From Haliotis cracherodii (Eukaryota): a DNA stretch of 64,000 nucleotides. The stretch is taken from positions 44,702,001-44,766,000 of the forward strand of contig NW_027266343.1 of the NCBI RefSeq assembly GCF_022045235.1, read 5' to 3'. Below the pieces are notes generated by a model. It was not told the DNA's origin, made no database searches, and was given only the letters and a program-made list of their open reading frames with translations. This document shows positions 1 through 13,010 of this stretch, piece by piece (the stretch's first letter is position 1; every line of letters begins with the position of its first letter). The translations under genes and the position numbers were made by a program.

Positions 1-536
1 TTGTTATGGACGAGTCAACTCAATTACATAATCATGACTTTTATTGCACAGAAACGCCCACATGAACCACACAACAATCTCTACATTTGAATGTTAAGAG
101 ATACGTTCACACAACACTTTTATGTGAGAATGTTTAAAAACATTAGTTCACCTAACCGAATTTACCTTTTACAGTATTTCATCTCGGCAAATTAATTTAG
201 TGCTAAAGTTTATTTATTTTATTGATATAGTCTGCGCCGCGTTTTGTAATGTTTTCATATTTTATTTTCTCCCCCTCCCTACCTCCAAATTCTGTTCCAG
301 TATTCCAATCCTAACTCCATTCTAAAATCCATTCCACACTTTACACTATGACCGATATATGGTATGACCCCATTTGATATATCTACTCTAGGATAAGCGA
401 ACATACTGTAGCGGGGAGAAAGCACAGGCGTCCACTATCACCTATGTTTGTGAAATTTGTCAAACCTGTTCCGTCAACGGTGTCTGGCTACATTTAACTA
501 AGGCCTACACGTAACAAATCTGAGAACAAATCTGAC

Positions 537-723
537 CTTCCACATTCTGGCACAGTACACACCAGTCCGGTGTGTTGGTGGTAGACAGGGTGTGCAGTTG
601 ACAGATCTTTTTTATCTGTATCCCAGCGAGATTGTAGGGAAGGCGATGTATGTCCTGATGGGGGTTAGGGGTTGTAGAGAAGCCTCGTACGATAACACAA
701 CGCTGATCAATCCTGTCCTCCAT
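537..723 (-). CDS. Probable first coding exon of a gene running off the left edge, divergent from LYAR; product unknown
   Basis: ATG at 723 opens MEDRIDQRCVIVRGFS...CQNVE, followed by a G|GTCAGA donor-like site at 536. It lies head-to-head with the putative LYAR 5' end. No family recognised. Confidence 0.4.
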
Positions 724-959
724 GATGAAAAGAATCTACTTTCTCTTTCGATTTGAAATATTTCCCCCAATCATACCCCAAAATAGCTCATACAATTAGC
801 ATGATAATAGTGTTATTTTATGACACTCGCCAAGGCTTTATCGGACAGGTATTCTTTTTACCTGTTCGTCGTGTTTACTTACGTATCGCTAATAATGAGT
901 TTTATCATTTCATGTGTTTTTATCGTCTCCAAATACTCAAAGAAGTTTCATAAAATCAC

Positions 960-1080
960 ATGTCGTTGTGCGGAGTTTTCGTTTGCAATGCTGTAAGGGT
1001 CTTTTTCGAGGAGGTAAGCGGCCCGAACAGACAGTGTTGTGCTTCCGGTTGTTTCCACACGTGTCGGAGGGTACGGTTAG
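960..1080. promoter_or_regulatory. Putative CpG-rich, possibly bidirectional promoter and non-coding first exon of LYAR
   Basis: Local CpG enrichment, ETS-type CTTCCGG at about 1042, donor-like GGTAAG (1012) and GGTACG (1070). The first LYAR coding exon starts at an acceptor (TTTTCAG, 2297), so an upstream non-coding exon is required. Confidence 0.4.
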
Positions 1081-2106
1081 TCTGTAATTGTGCTGATACG
1101 GATGCATATACTGGCAACTATAACATCCGCATTTGTACTTTCATGATACTGTCATTCGTGGACAGAATTAGATATTGACATTGATTATTGATTCATGACT
1201 GGCATTGAGACGGGTAAACTAAATGTTCTACTTAATTTTAGGTTAGTCAGTGGCTTCACAGCTTATATTGGTATCTTCATGCGTTACTTCCAAATATGTC
1301 ACGCAGGAAAAAATATTTCTATCCCTTTATTATGCAGATAATAGTCATGTCTATCTTCCCACAGCATGATCATGGCTAAGTCGTCTACTTTATAACTCAA
1401 ATAACAAGAACTCCGAGAGTAAACATGCAAGTGGTAAACCTCCCTTAGGGCTAATTTTAGACATGACAAGCAATATCAAAGGAGTCTATGCCTGGTAAAC
1501 TGCTTTCTTGTCAAAATTCTTAACTAGGTTTATTGTTATGACTTTGACAAAGTATCATTATCTTGGCTACATCGGTAATGGTGGGTTAGTGCTAAACCAT
1601 GTCAAAACGACACTAGATTGGAGAAAACGGCACCAAGATAGACAAAACTGGCATTGCCACCTTGCGTTTCCAACAGCACTGTCTCTTCATAATATTGTTA
1701 TAGTATTTTGATTCCATATCAATAAAACATGAGGTGGACTTTGTATGTCATATTATAGAATTTTATTCTAGTCACTGTTAACACGGATAATTAATGATGA
1801 TACATAATAGTCTTGACTAGCCAATCCAGTGATTGATATCTTGAGCATTGATCCACGCAACTGGCATATGATGACATGCATCAACCTAGTCAGTGAGCCT
1901 AGCCACCCAATCCTGTTAGCCATCTCACAATCTAGTACGACAAGTATAATCACCTCTTACAACAGGCATGGGTTGCTGTAGACCATGATCATGATGGTTT
2001 GTGGCTTCTTATATAGTCTCTAACAACAAACTAGTGTTTCTTTAATTTTTAACAATTTGTATATTCATCATGTTCATGATTACTTAACATTGTCTGTGAT
2101 GTTTGA

Positions 2107-2275
2107 GGGGTGGTCGGGTAGCCTAGTGGTTAAAGCGTTCACTCGTCACGCCGAAGACCCGGGTTCGATTCCCGACATGGGTACAATGTGTGAAGCCCAT
2201 TTCTGGTGTCCCCCGCCGTGATATTGCTGGAATATTGCTTTAAAAAAAGTGGCGTAAAACCATACTCACTCACTG
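2107..2275 (+). mobile_element. tRNA(Asp/Glu-like)-headed SINE family A, about 165 bp. Other copies near 4546-4703(-), 8145-8304, 12761-12918(-), 23932-24102(-), 27118-27275, 27451-27612, 32289-32457(-), 39338-39425(-), 43861-43951, 45511-45669, 45835-45981, 48276-48438(-)
   Basis: A box TAGCCTAGTGG, B box GGTTCGATTCC, GTC in the anticodon-like loop, tail GCTGGAATATTGCT...GCGGCGTAAAACCA(TCAC)n, many dispersed copies. Confidence 0.9.
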
Positions 2276-2320
2276 TGATGTTTGCTGATCTTTTCAGACG
2301 ATTCCTGATTGAGCTTGACC

Positions 2321-5300
2321 ATGGTGTTCTTCTCCTGTAACGTGTGTAACGAAGCCCTGAAAAAGAACCAGGTGGAAAAACACTGCATGACAAAATGTCG
2401 GAACTGTCAGTCAGTATGTTGTATTGATTGTGGCCAGGACTTCTGGTAAGTACAGGAATTTACATTGCAACACTTTGCCTGATTTTATCAAACATGAAAT
2501 CTTGGCAATGTGCTCAATCTTTTTGAGATAAAAAACCTTTGGAATAATCATTGGGGATCCTAGGATTGAAGATGAGATTTCCCCATTTGATCTGTGCGAC
2601 AAACTGGACATAATCAGACTACCGCAACACATTGAAAGGATAAAGCAATGACTCATTTGCTCAGACTCCTTAACTGTGTGAGAGTGGGGTATCCATGTTA
2701 AATTGTGACGTGGTATCTCGTGCTAGGACTATAAAACCAACATCAGTCAAGACTAGTATGTTTGTTTGTTGTTTGATGCCACACTCAGCAATATTCAAGC
2801 TATATGACGTCTGTCTGTAAATAATCGAGATTCGCTGTGCAGAGTTGCATCCCTTGGGCACACCAGAAACCTATGGTTGTGGGATCGAATCCCGGTTTGC
2901 CCCGATTATGTTTCTAGGTTTGTCAGTACCATACCCGTGCTTGTGGGTTTCACCGAAGTGGTAAACGTCTGAGACCTTCATCACTTGGGGCTTTCCTCCC
3001 ACATTAAGCTGACATGCCGCAGTATAACTGGAATACTGTTAAAAGCGTCGTTAAACCCAACTCACTCACTCACTCATAGTGTATGTGTTGTTCAACCATT
3101 TGCTGACATGTTAAGACAAAACAGATCTGATATAGACAATGCAGACAGACTGAAGCGTTAGGTTGTGTTCATGATTTAGTCCTACGTGTCTGAGTGAATC
3201 TGGCCAATGGGACTCCCAGCATGCCCAATGCACACAAAGTGATTCAATTGTCAGTGGTTATGCATATACAGTCAAGCCTCGTTAATCCGACATCGTTGGT
3301 TGCACATGATTGTGTCGGATTAAGAAGTATGTCGGATTAACGAAATTAAGTGATTTGTGATCGAAAATCGGACGTCTTCACGATAGATATTAACCCTATG
3401 TACCTTTTAAAAAAAACAAAAACGAAGTATTTATATCATGTATATTGTCATGTTGTTTATTCATTCATTCTTTAATTTATAATTAATGACATTGCAAAAA
3501 TAATAATAATTTTCCCATTTATACATAACAACATGAACAATAGACACATTACTCACTGAATTTATCACATCAACGACACACGTTTCCTCATGTAAATGCA
3601 AGTGCTACTTTCTTAACAACTTGCTTCATCTACTTAAAATAGTCTGTCAGTGTTTTCTGTTTCTCACATTTTGTACATTATATAGGAACAGCATATTTGG
3701 CATCATCAAGTTAAAATCTTAATATACCAACTTTCAACTACACACGCCATGCATAACCGTGGATTAAATTTCCTCATAAAATGAGTACAGCTTGTGTTCA
3801 GCTCCATTCCTGACTAAGACTGGTAGAAGCATGTTTGTCATGTCTGTTAAACTGTTGTGGTGGTTACAGGGGAAATGACTTCGAGAAGCACACCAAGTGT
3901 ATCAGTGAGGACCAGAAGTACTCTGGGAAGGGGTATGTGGCCAAAGTCAACAAGGGCGAGGCCAAGCAGGATCGATGGATAGAGGTGGGTGAACACTGAC
4001 GCCTTTAGGAAACTCGTTATTGTGACGTTTGACGCATAGGATGTATGCATAGAGCTGTGAGACTCTTGGTCTTTATACATTGCTTGTACATGTTGTAAGA
4101 ATGCTGTGTTAAGCCATGAGACTGATAATCATGATGTTCCCGATGTATTCTCTGGGAATGGTACCAAGTCTATTGACCTGATTTCACTGAATTCCTAAAC
4201 ATTTTGTAATAACGACCATGGTATCTCTCACTTTTATGAATTTAAAAGATTTAATAGTAATCATGTCTATGATGGAACTATGAAAACTGTAACCATGGTA
4301 ACTGTTATTTGTTCATGACATTACAGCAAGTCCAGTCAGCAATAGACAACCAGAAGGGGGGCAACCCCCGACTACGCGGCACCCTGGAGAGCATCAAGAA
4401 CTATCCCAACATTCCACGAAAGAAGAACAAGTTTGAGGTCATTGATTGGAAATTCAAATTTTAAATATCAGTATCTATATATATTGATTATAAATAAGAT
4501 GAACTATTCTGTATGTATATAGATAAAACTTGCCTTATTCTGTATGTAGGTGAGTATGGTTCTACTCTGCTTTTAGCAATATTCCAGCAATATCACGGCG
4601 GGGGACACCAGAAATGGGCCTCACACATTGCACCCATGTAGGGAAATCGAACCCGGGTCTTCGGCGAGCAAACGCTTTAACCGCTAGGCTACCCGACCGC
4701 CCCTAATCCTGTATTTCTGTTATGAAAAATATCCCAGACTCAGTCCCTGCAATAATACTTTTTAGGGGGAAGTAACATCACCACCTTCAAAGCAGTTTTA
4801 GTCCATTAGTCCTTATAAGCATGATAATGACAACATACACCAAAACCCTTATAAATGGCAAATTTCTGCTAGTCCTTATGATACCTTAACTATTAGGCAG
4901 TTTGGCATATAACTGCACACAACAGCATCACTAATTGAAATTTGGGCAAAGAAGCTCAAAATAAGCAGAAAAAATTAATTCAGTTAAGTTTGAGCGTGTT
5001 TTTTAAGTTGGTAATTGTTTCTGCTGATTTTGAGCCCTAGTATTCATTGCCCTATTTTTCAAATAGTGATGCTGTCGTGTGCAGCTATGTTACTAACATT
5101 ACTACATGTGTACCTGTGTTTCACATACATTTTGGCGTAATGAAAATGTCAAAACGAAAGCTTGCATCGTACTATTAACATTACTCTTTTTCACATGAAA
5201 CTATGCTTTTTTTTTACCCCAGTGATTACTCCATAGCTTGAGTTAGGGTTGGAATCTCTGCATCTACTGCCATAGAAGGCACATCAACACATGTCCCTCT

Positions 5301-8300
5301 TGAGATCGGTAGACCACTTATACCATGCCATGCTGAGCTGTTTGATTGTATATTCAACATGTCATTGCGATATTTCAGAATTTCCTGATGAACAGCCTAC
5401 GGATCCGGGATCCTGGTTTAATCTCCCAGCTGTGGAATGTGCTCATGGAGGAGGCCGTCAAGGTGAAACAGAAACACCTGTGGTTCTCAGGTCTTGTTTT
5501 AGTTACAGGTGTCAAGATAACCTACCTCACATATCGATACGTACCAGAGTCACAATAAAATACATTTGAGAATTAGCATTATGTTTTGTGATAGATGGTA
5601 TTATAAAGTCAAGTAGTTATAAGGTGGGGACTCTCAGTAATGCTCAGGGGTTCCCATGGTGACAGATGTGCCAATTGCAAATAAATGTGAAGTACAGTAA
5701 ACTACGTTGATGACGGACACGCTTATAATGAACTGACCACTATAACAAACTTTTTTTATTTATCGGCTATTTGCTTATAACAAACTGAATTCTTGATGGA
5801 TTCTTTTCTAACTTATTTCGAATGGAGGTAGGGGTAATTCCACTTCCCAAACATTCCAGAAACTATCATAAAAAAGATTATCCTTTCGTGTACATGGTGT
5901 AGCCGTGACAACCGCAACAAGTCCTGTTTTCGATCTTACAATGAAATGTTATGCTTAGTTTTGCATAAGTAAACAGTCGACAGGGGATGTAGATTACGAG
6001 ATTTACCAATACCACGATATTAAAGAGTCACACTATAAATCTAGCATACATGTTTCAATTTAATTACTTTTAACCTTTCTCACAACCTCTAATCCAGTGG
6101 GACTCACAGTGGATATTATTTGCATCCATGCTAAATTTGTATGCGTACAGGACACACTCTTTTGAAACCCTGAATTGATACAGAATATAGACATGAAGGG
6201 GTAGCCACATTATGTATTCATTATAGCTTGATGATGCATCAGTGAGTCCCACCTGTGGGGAGGCAGGCTTGACTTTCAGTGTATTGACAGAAGTCAGGTC
6301 AGCCGAATTTGTTAATAATAATAGTCCATTTATATGGTGCTGTACTCCATGAATAAGAATGCTCTAAGTGCTTAGACATTTATTACCCTGGTTGATGGAT
6401 CAGTGTGCACTGAACAATCATTCTCAGCTCCCTGGGGAGTATACACCCCAAGCTGCCTTTAGGCTAGACGGTTAACATCTCATCCTACTGGGTACCCATT
6501 CACTGCTGGATGAACAGAAGCACAATTCGAACAAAGTTATTTGCCCAAGGAGACGCCACATGTGCTACAGGTGCTTCAGTGTGGCAGGACCGAAGCCCAA
6601 CAGTCAAGCTGCAGAATGTGGTCACCCATCTATGGACTCTCCTTGACCGAAATTGCTTAACTTCCCTGACTTGTGACCTGTGCCCTGTTGATGGGACCAT
6701 GTGCAACCACTATAGTAGTGATTCAGCTTGTAGCAGCGTTGGGCTAGCCTAGTTTTTAAAGCATTTGCAGATTCTCCAAGTGGGTACTATTTCTGCAGCC
6801 CATTTCTGGTGTCCTTCCTGCCTTGATATTGCTGGAGTAATGTTAAAAGCAATGTAAAACCATACTCGCTAACCCATTCAGTTGCCGATACGGATCGGGA
6901 TTGCTAAGTCCCCAGTGCACCATACTTGTTGTAAGAGCTGACAAGTGGGTGGGCAGTACAATGGGTGACCTTGACAATTGTGTGTCATTGGTGCACTGAA
7001 AACTGGTGTTTGGATTTGATTGCAAAATCGTTGAAATTAATCGTTTACACCATTTTGTGTTTTTTTTGGTGTTTGAAATATTGAGAATTGTGTATGATTC
7101 GTTGGCTGCTTGGACCTTCTGATCCATCTTTGATTATTTCAGTTTATTAGAACTGCGCCATGATCATTTTCGACAACACGTTTACCTGTCACAGACTCCA
7201 TTATTTGTAGGCCTTGCTGATATCGCTGGAATATCGCTAACTGCGGAGTAATTCAACATTCTCACACTCCCTTGAGCACGCCCCTAATGAACTTGTTGTG
7301 TGTTAAGAGTGAGCATGGACGGCCAAGTCGTCTAAGGGGCCACAATTAGCTCTGCAGAGTTGCATCCCTTGGGTACAAAACTAATGTTTGTGGGTTAAAA
7401 TCCCAGTTCGCCCCCATTATATGTCTAGGTTTGTCAGTGCTGGAGGGTTTCACAAAAGTGGTAAATGTCTGAGACCTGCATTACTTTGGGTTTTCCTCCC
7501 ACATTAAGGTGACACACCATTATATGACTGGAATATTGTTCAAAAGAAAACTCACTCACTCAGTCCCTGTTTTTTCAGAACATGAACCAAGCCGCTCAAG
7601 ACAAGCCGCATGACAATAAGTTAGCAATAAATACTGAAAATACAAACGCTCAAAATGGTGTCAGTGAAAATGGACATGCAGAGAAAGAGCAGAAACTGAG
7701 TAAGAGAGAAAAGAAGGAAGAAAGGAGGAAAAAGATGAATAAGAAGGAGAAGAAAGACAAGGGTGAAGTGGATGATGAAGATGAGGAAATAACAGATGAG
7801 CAGGTGAAAAAGAAGAAGAAGAAGAAACGGAAACACGAGGAAGAGCAGGTTGAGGTGAAGGGAAAGAAGAGGAAGAGGGAGGAGGAAGAAGAGGTGGAGG
7901 AAGAACCAAATGAGCCTGAAGAAGAAGAGGAGGAGGAGCCTGTTAAGAAAAAGACAAAGTTTGACTGGGAAAATGTCATCACTGAAGTGTTGACGTCAAA
8001 AGGGGAAATTGCAATCAAGAAATTGAAGAAGAAAGTGAGTGTTTGTTTGTTGTTTGACAGCGCATTCCGCAATATTCCAGCTCTGCAGCATGTAGAAGGA
8101 ATGAAACACACATATGTGTTTACATTATCTCTTTCTGTCTCCCTGGGGGTTGGGTAGCCAAATAGGTAAAGGGTGGTGGCTCGTCACGGTGAATATCTGG
8201 GTTCGATATCCCACTTGGGTACAATGTGTGAAGCCCTCTTCTGGTGTCGTCCGCTGTGATATTGCTGGAAAATTGCGAAAAACAGCATAAACCAACTCAG

Positions 8301-9005
8301 TCACTGTTCCTCAGTTGATCTCCGAGTAGCTGTAGAATGATTTTCAAACAACAAATATGGCTTTTTACGAGTCAAAGTATGGCATTTATGATATATGTAT
8401 CCATTCTCTGTCAACTAAAGTTCGTTTCAAGGCATCAATAGCGGTAATCTGACCGTGGTTGCTGTTAATAACGGTGATCTTCCGATTGCTTCACACAAGA
8501 TTTTGCCAAAATTAATTAAAACAATATTAAATGGAATTTTGAATAAAATACGGATTTCGTGACATGGTATTACCGGTGTTATGTGCTCACAGTAGTGTCT
8601 GCATTGGGGGAAAAAACATCAAAACTCATTATTGCGTTTATAATGCGCACCCCTTTCTACACAGCTGTGCTTTTGGTGGAAAAGTGTGCACTATATTCAA
8701 GAGAATACAGTATGTTTACAATCTCCATTTCTGTTCCCCAGGTGATGTCCTAATATCTGTAGAATTATTTACATGTATGCGTTAATAATCCCCCTTTCTA
8801 ATCCCTAGTTGATATCTTGAGTGTCTGATTTTCATGTATGTTTACAATCTCCATTTCTGTCCACTAGGTGATATCCGAGTATCTATCACAGATGGGGGCA
8901 CCAAAGTCAGAGGAAAAGCTGTGGGCCAAGTTTGAGAAGAAGGTTTCCAAAAACCCAAACTTCAAAGTGTTCAAAGAACGTGTTAAACTTGTAGCACAGA
9001 CGTGA
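2321..9005 (+). CDS. LYAR: Cell growth-regulating nucleolar protein LYAR; coding exons 2321-2445, 3870-3984, 4327-4437, 5379-5462, 7579-8034, 8868-9005
   Basis: Spliced translation begins MVFFSCNVCNEALKKNQVEKHCMTKCRNCQSVCCIDCGQDFWGNDFEKHTKCISEDQKYSGKGY (LYAR-type C2HC fingers), continues through YPNIPRKKNKFENF, a K/E-rich tract and KFDWENVI...KKLKKKV, and ends at TGA 9003-9005. All introns are GT-AG and frame-consistent. Confidence 0.95.
6405..6690 (-). mobile_element. Decayed SINE with a 5S rRNA-like head (SINE3-like) in a LYAR intron
   Basis: Minus strand GAAGTTAAGCA...CGGTC...GATGGGTGACC resembles the 5S A and C boxes, followed by a SINE-body-like CTGTTCATCCAGCAGTGAATGGGTACCC. Confidence 0.55.
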
Positions 9006-10859
9006 TACAAATTTCTGTTTTATGATGATATCAATAAGCCTACACTGTTAACATGGCCAATGAAAAATAACATTTTTAACAGATGTTTAGATACAGATGA
9101 GTTATCTAAAGACTCGAGGCAATGGTCAAATTGAAATTATTTTTTTGATAAGGGAAAAGGAATTGTTATTCTTAATAATGATACCCAAAATATCATGTTC
9201 AAAATAATTTAAACTTGAAGATGTGGAAATGTATACCATCATGTTATTTTGAACAGCTAGATCCATGGCAATGGCGCCAAAGTACATGAAGACTTTATCA
9301 AGCTGGTCGACTTCTTCGCAGTGCTGGTATACTGCTGAAGGTTGTATCTGTGTAATAGTGAGAAATAATTCTTGAGTGTACAATGTATCTCTTTTGTTAA
9401 TAGTGATAAATACCCTGGACCCATTTCAATCTCTTTTATCATTTGTGGATCCAGAGAGGGGTTGCCTGGTGCTCACCTCCAAAAAACCCTTCTTGCACGT
9501 GTTTCTAGAGTCATTTTTGACAAGGCCACAATCAGTGGAAGGTCTAAAGGGAGGTAACTGTGTATCACTGTTCTACTCCTGTCATCTTTCACTAAATGTC
9601 TGATGTTTCTTTTACTTATTTCTGAAATGGAAATATTTGTTATGTCGTTGAAAAAGAATGGTAATAAAGTTGTCTACAAAGAAGAAAATTGTAACATTGT
9701 TGGTAAATGTTATTCTTATTTAACATGTTTAATGAGATATTATTGTAATAGATACCATGAAGAGAGTCTGCATTGTTCATGGACAGCCTTTGGGGATTCT
9801 GTGTAAGAACTGATCCCAAGCAGCCTTTGCTTGACATAAGAGGCGACTACAGATTCAATGACTTGGTTGATTTGCTGTTGTTTGTTGTTTAACGCAGCAA
9901 TATTCCAGCTATATGACGTATGCTTGGAAATAATCGAGTCTGGACCAGACAGTCCAGGTGACTGACATCATTAGCATCGATCCACGTGACATACGATGAC
10001 ATGCATCAGTCAAGTCTGAGAGCCAGACCACCAGATCCCGTCAGTTGCCTCTTACGACAAGCATAGTTGCCTTTTACGCAAGAATGTGTTCCTGAAGAAC
10101 CTATTCTAACCCAGACACTCTACCCTAAAGTTGATGTTGTACATTGTATCACTTACTGATTTGTCTTGTCTGGAGTTGTTTATTTAAAGGCACAGGTGGC
10201 CCAGTCGTCTAAGGCGCTGCGATTCGCTGTGCAGAGTTGCGTCCCTTGGGCACGCCAGAAACCTATGATTGTAGGTTCGAATATGTTTCTAGGTTTGTCA
10301 GCACCATACCTGTGCTCATGGGTTTCACCGAAGTGGTAAACGTCTGAGACCTGCATCACTTCCGGCTTTCCTCCCACATTAAACTGACACGCCGCGATAT
10401 AACTGGAATACAATTCACTCACTCACAATTTACAGGACACTGTTACATTGCTAAATGAGGCATTAAGCAGCACACAACCAACCATGATTGACGAATTGAC
10501 GTACAGATTCAAGGGTTGCCGTAACGAGATCGGGTGGTCAGGTTCGCTGACCCGGTTGATACCTGTTATTGTATCCCAGTTGCATAGATCGATGCTCATG
10601 ATGTCAATTACTGGATTGTCTGGTCTAGAGTCGATTCTTTACAAACTGCTTGAACATTGCCGAGTGCGGCGTTAAACAACAAACATTCTTGTGTTGTTTT
10701 CTTGTCAAAAGAACAATGTGTGACCATTGGAGATGGTGTGTTATTGTTGCCATGTGGCATGGATCCCTGCCCCATGCTATCAACTACTAGTTTGCCTGGT
10801 CCAGACTGGACCATTTACGGTTCTCTTTGATATGGCTTGAATGTAGTTCATCGTGGCAG

Positions 10860-11568
10860 TAATCACCATTCTACCATGAATTTGGAATTTACTCGATTCT
10901 GATTGGTCAATCAGAGGCTATTAAATCACAATAAACCCCCTCTGATTGAAACAGCTGGTTTGACGTCCGCATCGCCGCGGAAGCTAATATTCATAGAATA
11001 GTACTATTTTCAGTCATTGTCGGTAGGCATATTTGAATAATTATATCTACAATTACAGGTTACAAAATGCACAGATGCGGTTACTACAATATTCAAAGGA
11101 TGTGTGGCAATACATTTCGTGCAGGAAAACACGACAGAAATCAACAAAGGGAATGTATTTACGTTTTGGAGACAACAGAGAGCTTGGAGTTTTGGCGCTT
11201 TTCTATATACGACTGTGATGTCATATCTTTTGCGTCACAATGAGCGATATGACGTCATAATGGTGACGCGCGATGCAGGGCGAAAGCTTTGCAATGCTTG
11301 CTTTGATTTCTTTAGGGATGCCCATCTCATGTTAGCTTACCAAGTTGCCGTGCTTATATGCTTTCAATGCCTGTCATATGTTCGAATGAAGTATTACGGT
11401 GTAAACAAACTGCTTGAGTATATACGGCACCATATTTTGTTCGGTGATTCCGTAATTCAGATTGATAACCCACTCAAAACACTGAATTCAACCCATGCCG
11501 CTTCACTCAGTATATTTGCTAACACCAAAGAGTTCGCGTTTTATTTAGTCATGGTAGAATGGAGATTA
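10860..11568. mobile_element. Non-autonomous DNA element with terminal inverted repeats
   Basis: TAATCACCATTCTACCATGA (10860) and TCATGGTAGAATGGAGATTA (ending 11568) are near-perfect reverse complements. Confidence 0.7.
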
Positions 11569-11722
11569 ACATACTGTTTTCAATGTAGAGCTAGGTTACC
11601 TGTAGATTTAACCGTGCTAAATTTAACATTTGAAACCTCACGCTCAGCGTTCGGTTCCAAATTCAATTTAGCGGGGTTAAATCTACAGGTAACCTAGCTC
11701 TACATTGAAAACACAGTATGTT
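11568..11722. repeat. Palindromic MITE-like hairpin, arms about 45 bp
   Basis: AACATACTGTTTTCAATGTAGAGCTAGGTTACCTGTAGATTTAACC pairs with GGTTAAATCTACAGGTAACCTAGCTCTACATTGAAAACACAGTATGTT. Confidence 0.8.
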
Positions 11723-12519
11723 TATCTCCTAATTCACGGAGGTTTCACTCACTGACTAACTTCTTGGGCTGCTGACAAATAGTTTTGTAAAGATACAGCA
11801 GATCACTTTTGTATCCCAATATGAATGCCAAGATACAATACATTGATTTGCAACCTCGGTTTCACGATACATATTCTACTATACATTACAAATTGTAGTG
11901 GTTAGTGTGTAGTAGTTGATCAGTTTTTGAACAGTCAGTCAAGTCTGGATTCAGGGTTGTGATTCACTAGCAAAGAGAAAGAATATCAACATGTGAAATA
12001 AAAGTACTGCAAAGGGATACAATTCACATCGCACCCATAGTATTGAGATACATATCGCATCGCGACCCCACCATACCGTCACACCTCTACTGACAGAGTC
12101 TATTGTCTGTCTGTCTGTCTGCAACAAATGACACCTCTTTGATGACTTAAATGTTGCTTACTCCAGCTGGCCACAAGAACCACTGTAGGGATAAAAGAAT
12201 ATGCAAGTTCAGTACCGATATAAGACAGTATATAAGTCATATCCTGCCTTTACAGATTAATTTGAGGTCTTTGGATGGGGAAACCCATGAGTATGTGCTG
12301 ACAAGCCAGTGATGATAATCAGGTCGAATCTGAGATTGGAACCAAAGATCATTGTATCCTGGCATGCCTAAGGGAAGCAACTCTGCATAGTTGTAGCATC
12401 TTAGATCCAGGGCTGGCAAACCCCCCATGGATGGAAGAACCAGAACCTGTCTGATGTTATTGTAGGTACATGCTCACACCAGCCATCACTGGTTTGTCTG
12501 GTTCAGACTTGTTAGGTGC

Positions 12520-13010
12520 CAACTGATCTCCCCCAGTTCCCTGTGCAGAGTTGTGTCCCTTAGCAATGCCTGACACACATGGTTTGCCCTGATTATGTTT
12601 CGAGGTTTGTCAGCACCATACCAAAGTTGAAAACATCTAAGATCCACGCCAATTCAGGATTTCCTCCCACATTAAGTTAAGCCATGATATGACTGGAATA
12701 TTGTTCAAAACTCAACTCATTCACTCTCTGTTGTTTCAGAACATCAACCAAACTGCTCAAGAGTGAGTATGGTTTTAAGCCGCTTTTAGCAATATTCCAG
12801 CAATACCATGGCGGGGGACACAAGAAATGGGCTTCACACCTTGTGCCCATGTGGGGAATCAAACCCAGGTCTTCAGCATGATGAGCGAACACTTTAACCA
12901 CTAGGCTACCCCACAGCCATTAACTGCTGGAGCCAAGCAGCATGACAATAAGACAGCAGCTGGCGCTGTGCAAAACACTCCACCTACAAACACTCAAAAT
13001 GGTGTCAGGA
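12520..13010 (+). pseudogene. Decayed partial duplicate of the LYAR intron end and start of exon 7579, interrupted by a SINE
   Basis: TTTCAG AAC ATC AAC CAA ACT GCT CAA...CAT GAC AAT AAG...ACA AAC ACT CAA AAT GGT GTC AG matches 7573-7664, including the upstream SINE remnant. Confidence 0.75.

Noticed and set aside
7621-8111. Hydrophobic and Ser-rich minus-strand ORFs
   Set aside because: Antisense shadows of the K/E-rich LYAR exon.
9003-9005. LYAR TGA as a selenocysteine or readthrough codon
   Set aside because: It matches the expected protein end, further stops follow shortly, and no SECIS was evident.
11104-11697. 197-aa ORF
   Set aside because: It lies within an inverted-repeat element and a palindrome, and has no recognisable motifs.
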